NCBI GenBank assembly: GCA_964519305.1
Contig: CAZFHY010000004.1
Location: 64,001-128,000, forward strand
DNA from: Candidatus Undinarchaeota archaeon
Lineage (GTDB): Archaea; SpSt-1190; JASMDC01
Direction of reading: 5' to 3'
DNA: 64,000 bases
Position 1 is the first letter of the stretch. Each line of letters opens with the position of its first letter. Below are positions 30,601 to 38,275 of this stretch, piece by piece. The translations under genes were made by a program, and so were the position numbers. The notes beneath the pieces were generated by a model. That model saw nothing but the letters and a program-made list of their open reading frames with translations. It searched no databases and had not been told where the DNA came from.

Positions 30601-32021
30601 ACGAGTTCTGTGAAAGGTACGAGGACGCTCCAGATAGGCGGTGCATCGAGGACTGTTGCCGTGCCCAGGAGATGCGATGCTACGGATATGATGAGAAGAC
30701 ACGTGGCTGCTTCCAGGGAGAGGCGGTGTTCTGTAACCGGTGCGAGTTCGCCCAGCAATTCGAGGTGTGTCGACGCGTGAGCCCAGAGAACATCGACAAG
30801 CTCCTCCTCAGTTCAATCGCTACGGCGGACGATGAGACCCGCACAATGCTCAAGGAGCTCTACAGCACACTCGTGAACCACCGCAAGCTGGACAAGATGG
30901 ACTTCGATGAGCGTACGGTCCTTGTGGAGAACCTCACGCATATCTCCCGTTCCCTGGGAGGCGAGGACGCAGTTGCCATGGAACGAGGTAATGCCCTGGC
31001 CTTGGAACTGTCGACGACGCACATCTGTACATTGGGAACCCTCCCCTGCCTCCAGACCTGCATAACCAGCATCTCCACGTCATGCATCGACCACATCGAC
31101 TGGATCAAGTTCGTCGAAGAGATCAAGGACCATGTCGAGCTCGTCATTATCGGAGCTTCGCTCTTTATTGGTCTCTTCCTCGTGGTTAAACGAAAGACAT
31201 TGGGCGAAGAGAAGGTAGTAGTGAAACGGGGCATGGACCGGGAAGGCGCTCTCCTCAAGATCTTCGTCAAGGTGGAGAACGGTTCCACGTTCCCGCTCCG
31301 GGACGTGAAGGTCGAACTGACATCGCCTGCGGCCCTGGCATACCTTGAGCCCGAGTCCAATGTCTACATGCTCGGTGATCTTGAGAGCGGGGACCTCCAG
31401 TCGGCCATCTTCAAGATGTACCCGCTCCGATGCGTGTCAGGTGAGATCTCCGGGGTCGTGACATACAAGGACGACCGCGGGAGGATGAAGTCCCAGAACG
31501 TCAAACCGGTGAAGGTGTCCTCGGTCTGCCCCGTCCTGGAGGGCTATGAGGTTGAATTCGAGAAGTACGATAACGTTTACGGGAAGTACAAGGCGCACTC
31601 ACACTCGGTGAGCCTTGGTACTGACTGGCGGGTCGCCTGGCCGGCCATCGAAGCGAGGACCTCACCTCTACATGTTGTTAGTGAAGCTTCGAACATGTTC
31701 AATGGGAAGGCCATATGGACCGGTCGAGGCAAGTTCTCCAAGAAGCGGGTCTCACTTGAGGTCTCCACTTACCAGGCCGCCACAGGGTGGACACTGAACC
31801 TCGTTGCCAGGGCCGAGGAACCTGCCATGGCAACAGGACTGCTGTCCGACCTCGTCCAGGAAATCACCAAGGCCATGCGCTCCTCCTACTACGCAAATCG
31901 GTACTATGGTTCGTATGGTTACCAATCTGGTGTTGCCCGGACTCCACAGGCCGGTACGGCCCAGGGGCAGCAGAACGGGACGGTACAAACCCCGGTTACA
32001 GGCCGACCGTCGACCGGATGA
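24615..32021 (+). CDS. giant (2468 aa) cysteine-rich single-pass surface protein
   Basis: Signal peptide MKGARRRILLMAVVLAMSLG, Cys-rich repeats, one TM helix (LVIIGASLFIGLFLVVKRK) near nt 31135-31195 and a ~275-aa cytoplasmic region. Confidence 0.9.
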   Translation: MKGARRRILLMAVVLAMSLGCSAWCFSTSTTSCLPQARSSLCYYSGYYQYPKCCYSYRNSKPSCAQTISGTTCKYGGSTSCTSTGWSTCSYSYQDTNKPGCAYKVDGNICYYSGSAQCTAGGWECDYQSTSKPACAHYPDQSTCYHSGTTGCTASGWSTCDFQTDSKPACANYASGNTCYHSGSTQCTATGWSACDFQTETKPACGNYASGSTCFHSGTSQCKATGWECSYQTETKPTCGNYADGNTCYHSGTAQCTASGWECDYQTESKPACGNYADGNTCYHSGTAQCTASGWECDYQTETKPACASYLDGNICKHSGVSECTASGWSGCSFESETRPTCGHYPNGNSCYHTANPECQAGGWSDCKYEIDFSPDCSATASDRLCQYGGSTTCTSTGWDVCAFPHQDTNKPDCGPQPDGNTCSYSGETDCTESGWASCNYQSDTTKPDCSPRESGTNCDYGGITSCTSSGWSQCTHSSDSNKPVCNPVASGDTCYYGRYTRCGSSGWSECTHTYQDTNQPSCEPDPVGDTCRYSGSTSCSESGWKSCIYSQQDSGKPACNPKPVGDTCQYQGSTECTSSGWEGCTYAASDASRPTCTPTADGDSCHYGGVSVCGSSGWTPCSDNVDNDRPNCEPESVGNTCSYSGSSSCTTTGWSGCDYAHEDAGKPDCGPKDEGNTCSYGGNAQCTTAGWSSCSYSLTDTNKPTCNPSPLDSTCRYSGHTTCGSGGWEACAFDYSDTNPPDCSPYTEGTYCYYQGSSSCGSGGWTECSHSGSDSQRPACPPKPEGNACKFGGSPECTESGWGECAYTSSDTQRPACAPYTDGNICYYGGTPQCGTDGWSECDYESSDHQRPACPPDEDGNTCKFGGSPACTESGWGGCTFTSQESNKPDCGPVAQVDVCQFDGWTQCTASGWATCTFNQQDASRPACEPEASGTNCRHSGTATCKTDGWSDCEYTIDTSMPACPHYSSGRTCNYRGTTSCTASGWSTCDYNEDTEKPACGHYEEGGICYFGGGTLCTSDGWSSCDYAQLIGDKPSCPPLANGGTCQFDGSTSCTKEGWASCAFASTDPTKPPCLPKAVDNNCYFSGLTNCAVGGWTRPCEFKESSSSRPVCDNYIDAQALECHFSGFTDCKEGGWSVCDYSRCEIDVLGSTDESCSDMECSVCASSNGDTNYYTCVVCAKEEWRENQCCGDDPDEGWCGLSGYCHEGAWTMVAESDPDNNAHFCEVCSSFAWRENRCCGDDPDEAWCGVTGYCQTGSWIAVKDGNADLDAEYCRTCKGGTWQFSTADRTAACCGDDPDEEWCGAGGFCKVGEWIAVADADDDQHFCENCMANTMWADGRCCGDDGATEYWNSTDGVCCGGEFHVGTGVCCNNTWADGGNCCLISDCLERPFASCSLVGCTANRCSYDRVCSGNACAIDTDDWCAACSSPDGDANEDSCSCFNGSWHISTADQKEMCCGDDKGEDWTGIDGLCLDGRWGVSDEPCLTSDSCTKSPYDVCTNNQCVCTSDECPSKMCLYSLDCEATNCRDDAWCDLCSKDGDNDMNSCECAGGEWIDGRCCGDDKEKDSWCGATARCLKGIVQRDQCKECDACLFGNCTTFCDGTTCAQGSKVWCSACANLEGDADPFSCQCKGGINARWIDEQCCGDDILERWNSTSGICCAGAFTAGGNCCSDADCIGNYTCQEDFTCSRSCRFGFKSCGGNCYMGDGVCCNSTWIKSGTCCGDQDCPHDRPVCDGDIAICRTCTASIECGPDSECCGGKCYGGHGLCCDDSWYTGDGVCCGDADCTEGTTCFVSGHRCSAIECQEGFSPCGKRCEEGEGTCCDEKWYTAEGNCCDDTWIEGSDCCNDNDCGTFLCDNHQCSKVCKGRFTFCGEQCWLGQGACCDSSWVEHGQCCTSANCTRTLPVCEDNICRSCAEDSECSEGEICCQGQCYPPQLGACCNSTWFHGMSSCSQVSCEVERGGVLCAGSCIMQKGACCEDRFLMGITRCPECGDEFCERYEDAPDRRCIEDCCRAQEMRCYGYDEKTRGCFQGEAVFCNRCEFAQQFEVCRRVSPENIDKLLLSSIATADDETRTMLKELYSTLVNHRKLDKMDFDERTVLVENLTHISRSLGGEDAVAMERGNALALELSTTHICTLGTLPCLQTCITSISTSCIDHIDWIKFVEEIKDHVELVIIGASLFIGLFLVVKRKTLGEEKVVVKRGMDREGALLKIFVKVENGSTFPLRDVKVELTSPAALAYLEPESNVYMLGDLESGDLQSAIFKMYPLRCVSGEISGVVTYKDDRGRMKSQNVKPVKVSSVCPVLEGYEVEFEKYDNVYGKYKAHSHSVSLGTDWRVAWPAIEARTSPLHVVSEASNMFNGKAIWTGRGKFSKKRVSLEVSTYQAATGWTLNLVARAEEPAMATGLLSDLVQEITKAMRSSYYANRYYGSYGYQSGVARTPQAGTAQGQQNGTVQTPVTGRPSTG
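24800..28050 (+). repeat. intragenic array of about 30 copies of a 34-38 aa four-cysteine repeat
   Basis: Consensus P-x-C-x8-C-x-(Y/H/F)-x-G-x3-C-x3-GW-x1-2-C-x-(Y/F). Two adjacent units at about 25330-25530 are near-identical 102-nt DNA copies. Confidence 0.9.
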
Positions 32022-32066
32022 TCGCTACCGTAATCCATTTAACCTGCGGTCCGTTCACCCGGCCGC

Positions 32067-32933
32067 ATGAAGCTGGCCGAGGAGTGCATCCCCTGTCTCA
32101 TGGACCGGGCCTTGTTCGAAGCGCGTCTGGCCTCGGACAATGAGGATGTCCACCGCAAGTGCCAGGAGGAGTTCGGTCATTGGGCCCGGGACAATGCCCG
32201 GATCGGTAGTAAGGTGGCCGCCGAGGTGGGCACCCACCGGTTCCGCACCGTGGTCCGTCTCTCTGGTTGTCCGGATCCGTTCAGGGAACTGAAGGCACGT
32301 TCGGATGAGGTGGCAGCAACGCTCCTCCCCGAGGCCCGTTCATTCATCGACAGGTCCGAGGACGAGCAGCGAGCTCTTGTCCGGGTGTTGTGCGCCGGCA
32401 ATGCCATGGACTTCGGTGTTGCTGATTATGCCTTCGATGTCAACGACTTTGCTCAGGGTTTCAGAGAGCTCCTTTCGACCCCCTTCGGTGTTGACGAGAC
32501 CGATGAGCTCTTCGAAAGGCTCGAGAAGGCATCGTGGGTGGTGCTGCTCCTCGACAACCATGGTGAGTGTGTGTTCGATCTGCTCCTGGCCAAGCGCCTG
32601 ATGGAAGCGAACGTCCGAGTGACGACCGTTGCCAAGGGCGTCCCCATACTCAACGACGTCACCGTATCGGAAGCGCGTGCCATGGGTTTCCCTGAAGTGA
32701 TATCCGACGGCGATAGCGTAGGAGTGAACCTCGACGAGGCCGATCCCGCGTTCCTTGATGCCCTGGCCCACGCCGATGTGCTCATCGCCAAGGGTATGGG
32801 TAACTTCGAGACCATGAGCGAGTTCCATGAAATGGTAGAGGGGCGGCTCGTCTACCTTCTCAAGGCCAAATGCGCTCCGGTCGCCAGGGCACTAGGAGTG
32901 CCGAGAGGGTGCCTGGTCGTAAAGTGCCTCTGA
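32067..32933 (+). CDS. DUF89/ARMT1-like damage-control phosphatase
   Basis: ECIPC, DPF..LK, AGNAMDFG, LLDNHGE, PILNDVT, IAKGMGNFET and LLKAKC. Confidence 0.92.
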   Translation: MKLAEECIPCLMDRALFEARLASDNEDVHRKCQEEFGHWARDNARIGSKVAAEVGTHRFRTVVRLSGCPDPFRELKARSDEVAATLLPEARSFIDRSEDEQRALVRVLCAGNAMDFGVADYAFDVNDFAQGFRELLSTPFGVDETDELFERLEKASWVVLLLDNHGECVFDLLLAKRLMEANVRVTTVAKGVPILNDVTVSEARAMGFPEVISDGDSVGVNLDEADPAFLDALAHADVLIAKGMGNFETMSEFHEMVEGRLVYLLKAKCAPVARALGVPRGCLVVKCL

Positions 32934-32937
32934 TTCG

Positions 32938-35900
32938 CTAGAGCGGGGGAGGTCGGTATGTATAGTATGTCCTGTAGGCCTTAGTGTAGTAGGACTTCGG
33001 TCCTGCCGCCCGTGTGGTGGTCGCCATCTCGGCCTTGCCACCGGGGATCGGTGCGAGGTCGGTGGTAGAGGTGGCCTTGACCTGATGGAGCTTGAGGTAC
33101 CCTATACCGCCGCCCACGAGCACAAGGAAGATGAGGAGATAGGACATAATGCTGCTTCCTTCATCCTCCGGGGTCGGAGGTGGTAGCGGGACCCATGTCC
33201 CCCCCTCTTCTTCGGTATCGTTACTGCCCTCATCATCATCATCATCGTCCTCGGGCGGACGTATCGCTACACCGGGCACCTTCACCGTGTAGCTACGGGC
33301 TTGACCGCTCACCATGACGGTCAGGTTGATGATATCGGAGGGACAGGACTCGCCCGGTGCGAGTTTCACGCGTTCGTCACGGTTAGGCTCCATGGTGAAC
33401 TCGCCGTCCTTGCTGAGGTATACGCATGAATAGGCCTCGTCCGGTACGAGTATCTCGATCACCTCACGGCCTTCGCCCTTGTTGCGGATCGTTAGATATG
33501 AGCCGTCCCCCACTTCATCGGGCATGAGAACTTCCACTTCGGACCGCACCGGGCGGGCGCGCACGGTGACGCGGTAGGCGAGGGATTCGTTGCCCACCGG
33601 TACAACGAGGAGCACGCACGTCTGGTCCCCGGTCGCGTTGAAACCCGAGATCGAGGCGGTGAGGTTGATCGTCTCTCCCACCTCGAGCACTTCTGGAGGG
33701 ACCGCTGCGAGCTCGGCGCCGCCCTCCGGAGCTATATCCATGTTCACCTGCTGTTCATCTGTGCCCCGGTTGGTGACCGGGACCTGGACCTTGCAGACGC
33801 CAGAATAGATGGTGCAACCTACCTCATCGATCGTCTCGAGAGCGATGTAACGCTCATCAGAAACGTGTAGAAGTACGGTCGTCGTCCGGCCCACCTCGTC
33901 CTGCCCCGACGGGAAGGCGGAGGCATGGAACTGAACGTCCCCTAGCTCGCCCTCTGTCATCTTGAATATGAATGTCCGGGAGCCGTCCACCGTGCCTTCC
34001 TTCTCCAAGGCTTCACGGGAGGCAGAGGAGAGACGCACGACGAAGGGCGCCGGATTGGAAAGCGAACTGGTCACCTTTACAGGGATCTCGACCTCCCTGC
34101 CCTGTCGGGTGAAGACGGACGCGGGCGCAGTCACCGTGAAATCGACCGATGCACGGGCGTCCAGGATAGTCTCGTTGGCGATGCAGCGCACTATAGCTGC
34201 GCCGGCCCGTTTGTAGGGACGGTTGCACATCACGACCTTGACGGGTACTTCCAGGCGCTTGGCGAGCACTGTGACCGATGCGTTGAGCATCTCCTTACGG
34301 AAAGTGATTAATGGCTCGAGCACATCGGTCAGGGGCGACTCCCGCGAGACCGCTCTGGCGAGCGCCCGGTAGACAGGCTCCTTTACTGCGGGATCGATAT
34401 TGTACCGGTCGATATCGCCCCGCACTCTGTCCGCGAGAGCGAGCACGTCGGTGAACTCCGGGGTCTCTGCGAAAAGGGCTTCCGCCTTTGCTAAGGAAAT
34501 GTAGAAGTGGAGCAGGTCCAGGTCCTGCGCCAGCTCGCGGTCATCAGCAGCGATATCATAGAGCAGCACCTCCTTATCAGCAGGCCCGCTGAGCGTCTTG
34601 GACGTGAACATGGGCTCAGAGCTCATTGCCGCAGGTGCGATGGTGTAGTAGAAGCGGTCCTCTAGCGTGCCCGATGGTGCAATTTCGAACAGACATCGCA
34701 CACGTCCTAGTAGCCACTCACATCCTATCCTACCTTGATAATCCCGGAAGTCACCAGGGTTGACGTCGAGAGCGATGGAAACAGCTCCCTCAGGTGACTC
34801 GGGGGGCTGGAATGAGACGGTGACGTTCCCGCCAGGACCCCGGTCGTACCCGACGACCACTTCCACCTCCAATTCGTTCCCCGGCGCTAGGTCCCATTCA
34901 TGGCATGTATCACCAGACACCGTAGCGTTGAAACCATCCGCTTCGGCGCACACACGCAGCCCCGGGACCGACCGGAGGTTCTTGACCTTGAACCTTAATC
35001 CTGTTCTTTCTCCCGGATATATGGTCACCGGGTCCGGCGCATCGACCTCAAAGGACCTTCCCGCGGTATAGGTGAGTGTGGCGTTCCACACGTATCTATA
35101 TGTGGTCGACTCGATAGAGTAGCGGACATCGCCCGGCTGGTCCGTCTCGATCACAGTACCGATGATGAGGGGTCGGCCCGTGTGGACGGCGACGTTGTCC
35201 GTCCGTGTCCCCGAGGGCAACTCCGTCACGAGTGTGAGGGTGTCGTCCATATAGGGAAGGATGGTCAGGTTGAGCTGGCGTCTTCCGTACACTCTGTCCT
35301 CGTACGTAACCTCCTCGACCATGCGCTCGGTGTCCGCTATCAAGGAACGTGACATGAGCTCTGCGTTGAGTGAGACGATGATGCCCCGATATAGCATCCG
35401 TGGCCGCACGTACCCCACAGCAGTTCCTGAGCGTGCGAGCACAACGGCTTCTAATCCCTTTGCATCCTCCCGGCTCACCGCCGACCACGCGACCTCGTCT
35501 TTGCATGGTATAGCGGCGACGCCGAGCTTCCCACAATGGTATGTATAATCGAAGAGACCCTTGAACGGTGCAGTCTCACCTTCCTTGTACAGACCGGCGT
35601 ACACCTCGGTCGCCGATGTCCCCGGACCGAGTTTTGCGGAACCGGTGGTGTTGTCGAACACGAGGGTAGATGTGAGGCTTAAACCACCACCCGGGGCGGA
35701 TACGGTCGCGTCGATATCTGCCGATCCCTGGAGCCCCGGCGAGCCCACGATCAGGTGGCATGCCAGCTGGCCGGGTGGTGTCCCCGGGATGACCGCCGCT
35801 GCCTTGAGCCGGCTCGGTATCCCTGCCACCGGAGGCGTGAGGAAGAAGACGGTCCGCACCTGCGAGCCGCCACAGCTCAGCCGGGTGAGGGATGGGGTGA

Positions 35901-36045
35901 ACGCGAGAAATCCTTCGAGCGAAGCGTTGATGAATAGCGCGGTCGCCGAGGGGAGGGCGAAGGCCTCCGCCGACTCGATTGTCACGGTCGCTGCCTGTCC
36001 TACTGTGAAAAGGAGTAGGACCGCTAAGAGGGTCGCGCGGCTCAT
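32938..36045 (-). CDS. large secreted surface protein with Ig-like domains and C-terminal membrane anchor
   Basis: Signal peptide; beta-rich repeats (KVKN, VTNRG, IRNKG); acidic/Pro linker; TM helix YLLIFLVLVGGGIGYL; Tyr-rich tail. Confidence 0.8.
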   Translation of the reverse strand: MSRATLLAVLLLFTVGQAATVTIESAEAFALPSATALFINASLEGFLAFTPSLTRLSCGGSQVRTVFFLTPPVAGIPSRLKAAAVIPGTPPGQLACHLIVGSPGLQGSADIDATVSAPGGGLSLTSTLVFDNTTGSAKLGPGTSATEVYAGLYKEGETAPFKGLFDYTYHCGKLGVAAIPCKDEVAWSAVSREDAKGLEAVVLARSGTAVGYVRPRMLYRGIIVSLNAELMSRSLIADTERMVEEVTYEDRVYGRRQLNLTILPYMDDTLTLVTELPSGTRTDNVAVHTGRPLIIGTVIETDQPGDVRYSIESTTYRYVWNATLTYTAGRSFEVDAPDPVTIYPGERTGLRFKVKNLRSVPGLRVCAEADGFNATVSGDTCHEWDLAPGNELEVEVVVGYDRGPGGNVTVSFQPPESPEGAVSIALDVNPGDFRDYQGRIGCEWLLGRVRCLFEIAPSGTLEDRFYYTIAPAAMSSEPMFTSKTLSGPADKEVLLYDIAADDRELAQDLDLLHFYISLAKAEALFAETPEFTDVLALADRVRGDIDRYNIDPAVKEPVYRALARAVSRESPLTDVLEPLITFRKEMLNASVTVLAKRLEVPVKVVMCNRPYKRAGAAIVRCIANETILDARASVDFTVTAPASVFTRQGREVEIPVKVTSSLSNPAPFVVRLSSASREALEKEGTVDGSRTFIFKMTEGELGDVQFHASAFPSGQDEVGRTTTVLLHVSDERYIALETIDEVGCTIYSGVCKVQVPVTNRGTDEQQVNMDIAPEGGAELAAVPPEVLEVGETINLTASISGFNATGDQTCVLLVVPVGNESLAYRVTVRARPVRSEVEVLMPDEVGDGSYLTIRNKGEGREVIEILVPDEAYSCVYLSKDGEFTMEPNRDERVKLAPGESCPSDIINLTVMVSGQARSYTVKVPGVAIRPPEDDDDDDEGSNDTEEEGGTWVPLPPPTPEDEGSSIMSYLLIFLVLVGGGIGYLKLHQVKATSTTDLAPIPGGKAEMATTTRAAGPKSYYTKAYRTYYTYRPPPL

Positions 36046-36047
36046 TG

Positions 36048-37007
36048 TCAAGAACGCTTCCCGAGGAGGGTGAGGTTCGCCAAGAGAGCATCGAGCTGTA
36101 CGTACTCGTTTGCCCCTTCGGCCATGCGGAACTCGTACTCTCCGAGCCGGTCAAGGATGGTGACCTTGATCTCTTGGGCGACATCCAACGCAAGGACGGC
36201 CCGATGTATGGCGCGCACCACATCCTCCCCCGCCATGCCACGCGTTACCATCAGGTCCTGGAGCTGGCCTCGTGCTGTCAGAAAGTCCCCATCCAGAGCG
36301 GTCGTCAGCACGTCTCGCACCTCGCCGCCCTTCAGTTCAGAGGTGATCTGATAGACCTCGTCCTCGGTTATCTCCTTGCCCAAGGCGGCAGATGCCTGGA
36401 GCACGTTAACGGTCCGGCGCAGGTCACCCCGAGAGAGGTCGACGACAGCCGCAAGAGCCTTATCGCCCATCTTCAATCCCTCCCCGTCACGGATGCGTTC
36501 GGCCATCACCTTGACACCCTCGGGAGCGAGCCTTGCGAAGCGGAACACCGCACACCGCGACTGGATGGGATCAATGATACGACTGGAGTAGTTGCACGAC
36601 AGGATGAACCTGCAAGTGAGCGAGTAGTTCTCCATGGTACGCCGGAGGGCGTTCTGGGCGTCCCTGGTGAGAGCGTCGCACTCGTCCAGGAAGATTATCT
36701 TGAAGGCAGTGCCGATGGCCTTCGTGCGGGCGAAGTCCTTGATGGTGGAACGGACCACGTCGATGCCGCGTTCGTCGGACGCGTTCTTCTCGAGGAAGTT
36801 ATACCGCCACTGGTCACCGAAGAGCTCGCGAGCCACGGCGATGGCGGTCGTGGTCTTACCCGTCCCCGCAGGCCCTGCGAAGAGCATATGGGGTATCGAT
36901 CCGGATTCTACGAATCCGTTGAGACGAGCGACTATCTCGCTGTGCCCGACTACATCCTCAAGTGACCTTGGCCGATATTTTTCTGTCCAAACCTCGCTCA
37001 GGTCCAT
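36048..37007 (-). CDS. rfcS: replication factor C small subunit
   Basis: WTEKYRP, GPAGTGKT, NASDERGIDVVR, LDECD and IQSRC; no intein. Confidence 0.97.
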   Translation of the reverse strand: MDLSEVWTEKYRPRSLEDVVGHSEIVARLNGFVESGSIPHMLFAGPAGTGKTTTAIAVARELFGDQWRYNFLEKNASDERGIDVVRSTIKDFARTKAIGTAFKIIFLDECDALTRDAQNALRRTMENYSLTCRFILSCNYSSRIIDPIQSRCAVFRFARLAPEGVKVMAERIRDGEGLKMGDKALAAVVDLSRGDLRRTVNVLQASAALGKEITEDEVYQITSELKGGEVRDVLTTALDGDFLTARGQLQDLMVTRGMAGEDVVRAIHRAVLALDVAQEIKVTILDRLGEYEFRMAEGANEYVQLDALLANLTLLGKRS

Positions 37008-37963
37008 TTGTTACTGAACCTCCCCAGGAGTGAGAGCCCGAACAGGGTTCGAAGCCAATATGATATAAACCTATCCACGACGGTGAAGGTCGGCCCTCGG
37101 GCGAGGTCCAGCATCGCAGTGAAGGTGACAAGGCCACCCTCCACTACACCAAGGCCGCCAGGGGTGAGTGGGACGGACGAGAGCATGGTCTCTAGGATGG
37201 CGATCATGCAGCAGACCACCAATCCCACGTTCTCCACACCCAATCCCGCCAGGATGAACCATGTGCGGAGTGTGAGGAATACTATTGACAGGAGCGTGGA
37301 TAGCACGCATATGGTCAGGGTGGAAGGGTCATGGAGCAGTGTGCGCAGTTCTATGAACACGTCCTCGACCACCTCCTGACGTTCATGCACGACCCTGCCT
37401 AGAGCGATTCTTTCGAGCCGGTCCAGGTTGAACACGATCGCCACGAGCATAAGGAGCGGTACCAACGAAACGGCAACGACAGGCCATCCCACGAAATCCT
37501 TTGAGATGGCAAGGTGTGCGAGGAAGACGGTGCTGAGAAGGAAGGCGAATCCGAAGTCGAACGCCTTGTCGACGAAAACACTGGCGTACCCCTGCCGTTT
37601 CCGGACACCAAAGGCCTTCTCAAGGAGGATGGGGCGGACCAGATCGCCCGCGATGCGGCCCGAGGGGAGGACGTTGTTGAGGGCGATAGAGCCCGCCACC
37701 ATGTCGAGCTCAGGTGCGAACGGTACACGCACGCCCTGACGCTTGAGGAGCACATGCCAGCGCCACGTGACCAGTACTATCACAAGTATGTCGGCGAGCA
37801 CAGCGAAAGCGATATACGTGACGTCCGCGTCCCCCAAGGTAGTTAGCAGGGCCTCTCGCTCTTCCATAAGGAGGAGCAGTATGAAAATGAGAGCGCTGAC
37901 CACCAATGCCACGACCAACGTCCGCTTCCGGGGACGAAATGCCGCGAGCTCCTGCGGAGTCAC
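36998..37963 (-). CDS. lysylphosphatidylglycerol synthase TM / flippase-like protein (UPF0104)
   Basis: WRWHVLL, NNVLPSGRIAGD, PLTPGGLGVVEG and DRFISYW. Confidence 0.88.
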   Translation of the reverse strand: MTPQELAAFRPRKRTLVVALVVSALIFILLLLMEEREALLTTLGDADVTYIAFAVLADILVIVLVTWRWHVLLKRQGVRVPFAPELDMVAGSIALNNVLPSGRIAGDLVRPILLEKAFGVRKRQGYASVFVDKAFDFGFAFLLSTVFLAHLAISKDFVGWPVVAVSLVPLLMLVAIVFNLDRLERIALGRVVHERQEVVEDVFIELRTLLHDPSTLTICVLSTLLSIVFLTLRTWFILAGLGVENVGLVVCCMIAILETMLSSVPLTPGGLGVVEGGLVTFTAMLDLARGPTFTVVDRFISYWLRTLFGLSLLGRFSNKWT

Positions 37964-38016
37964 TGGCCGCGATGTGGTGGAAAGAATTAAAACTCTTGTC
38001 GGTCCGGAACCCAGCG

Positions 38017-38253
38017 ATGACGACGAACACGGTGGTCACTCTCTTCACCGTGGCGCTCGCGATGGTCGCGGGCTACCTCTCGTCCCAGCAGGAAGAACTT
38101 GTCATGGCCTATATCGTGGCAGTTCCTCTGCTTGCGGCCGTAGTGCTCGCCTCTAAGCGCCTATTGCCGACCAAGGGGGCTGGTGGGTGGGTGGCATCGT
38201 TCGCCTTCGTCTGGGGTGTGGTGTGGACGCTCATCCACAACATGCACTTGTGA
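38017..38253 (+). CDS. small 3-TM membrane protein (possibly EMC6-like)
   Basis: Three hydrophobic segments ending W..VWTLIHN; TATA-like ATTAAA 31 nt upstream. Confidence 0.6.
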   Translation: MTTNTVVTLFTVALAMVAGYLSSQQEELVMAYIVAVPLLAAVVLASKRLLPTKGAGGWVASFAFVWGVVWTLIHNMHL

Positions 38254-38275
38254 GAACCAATGGAAGTGTAGCATC

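Noticed and set aside
36048-37007. Inteins in RFC, Lhr or NrdD
   Set aside because: Protein lengths are normal, and no intein splice-junction or LAGLIDADG motifs were seen.
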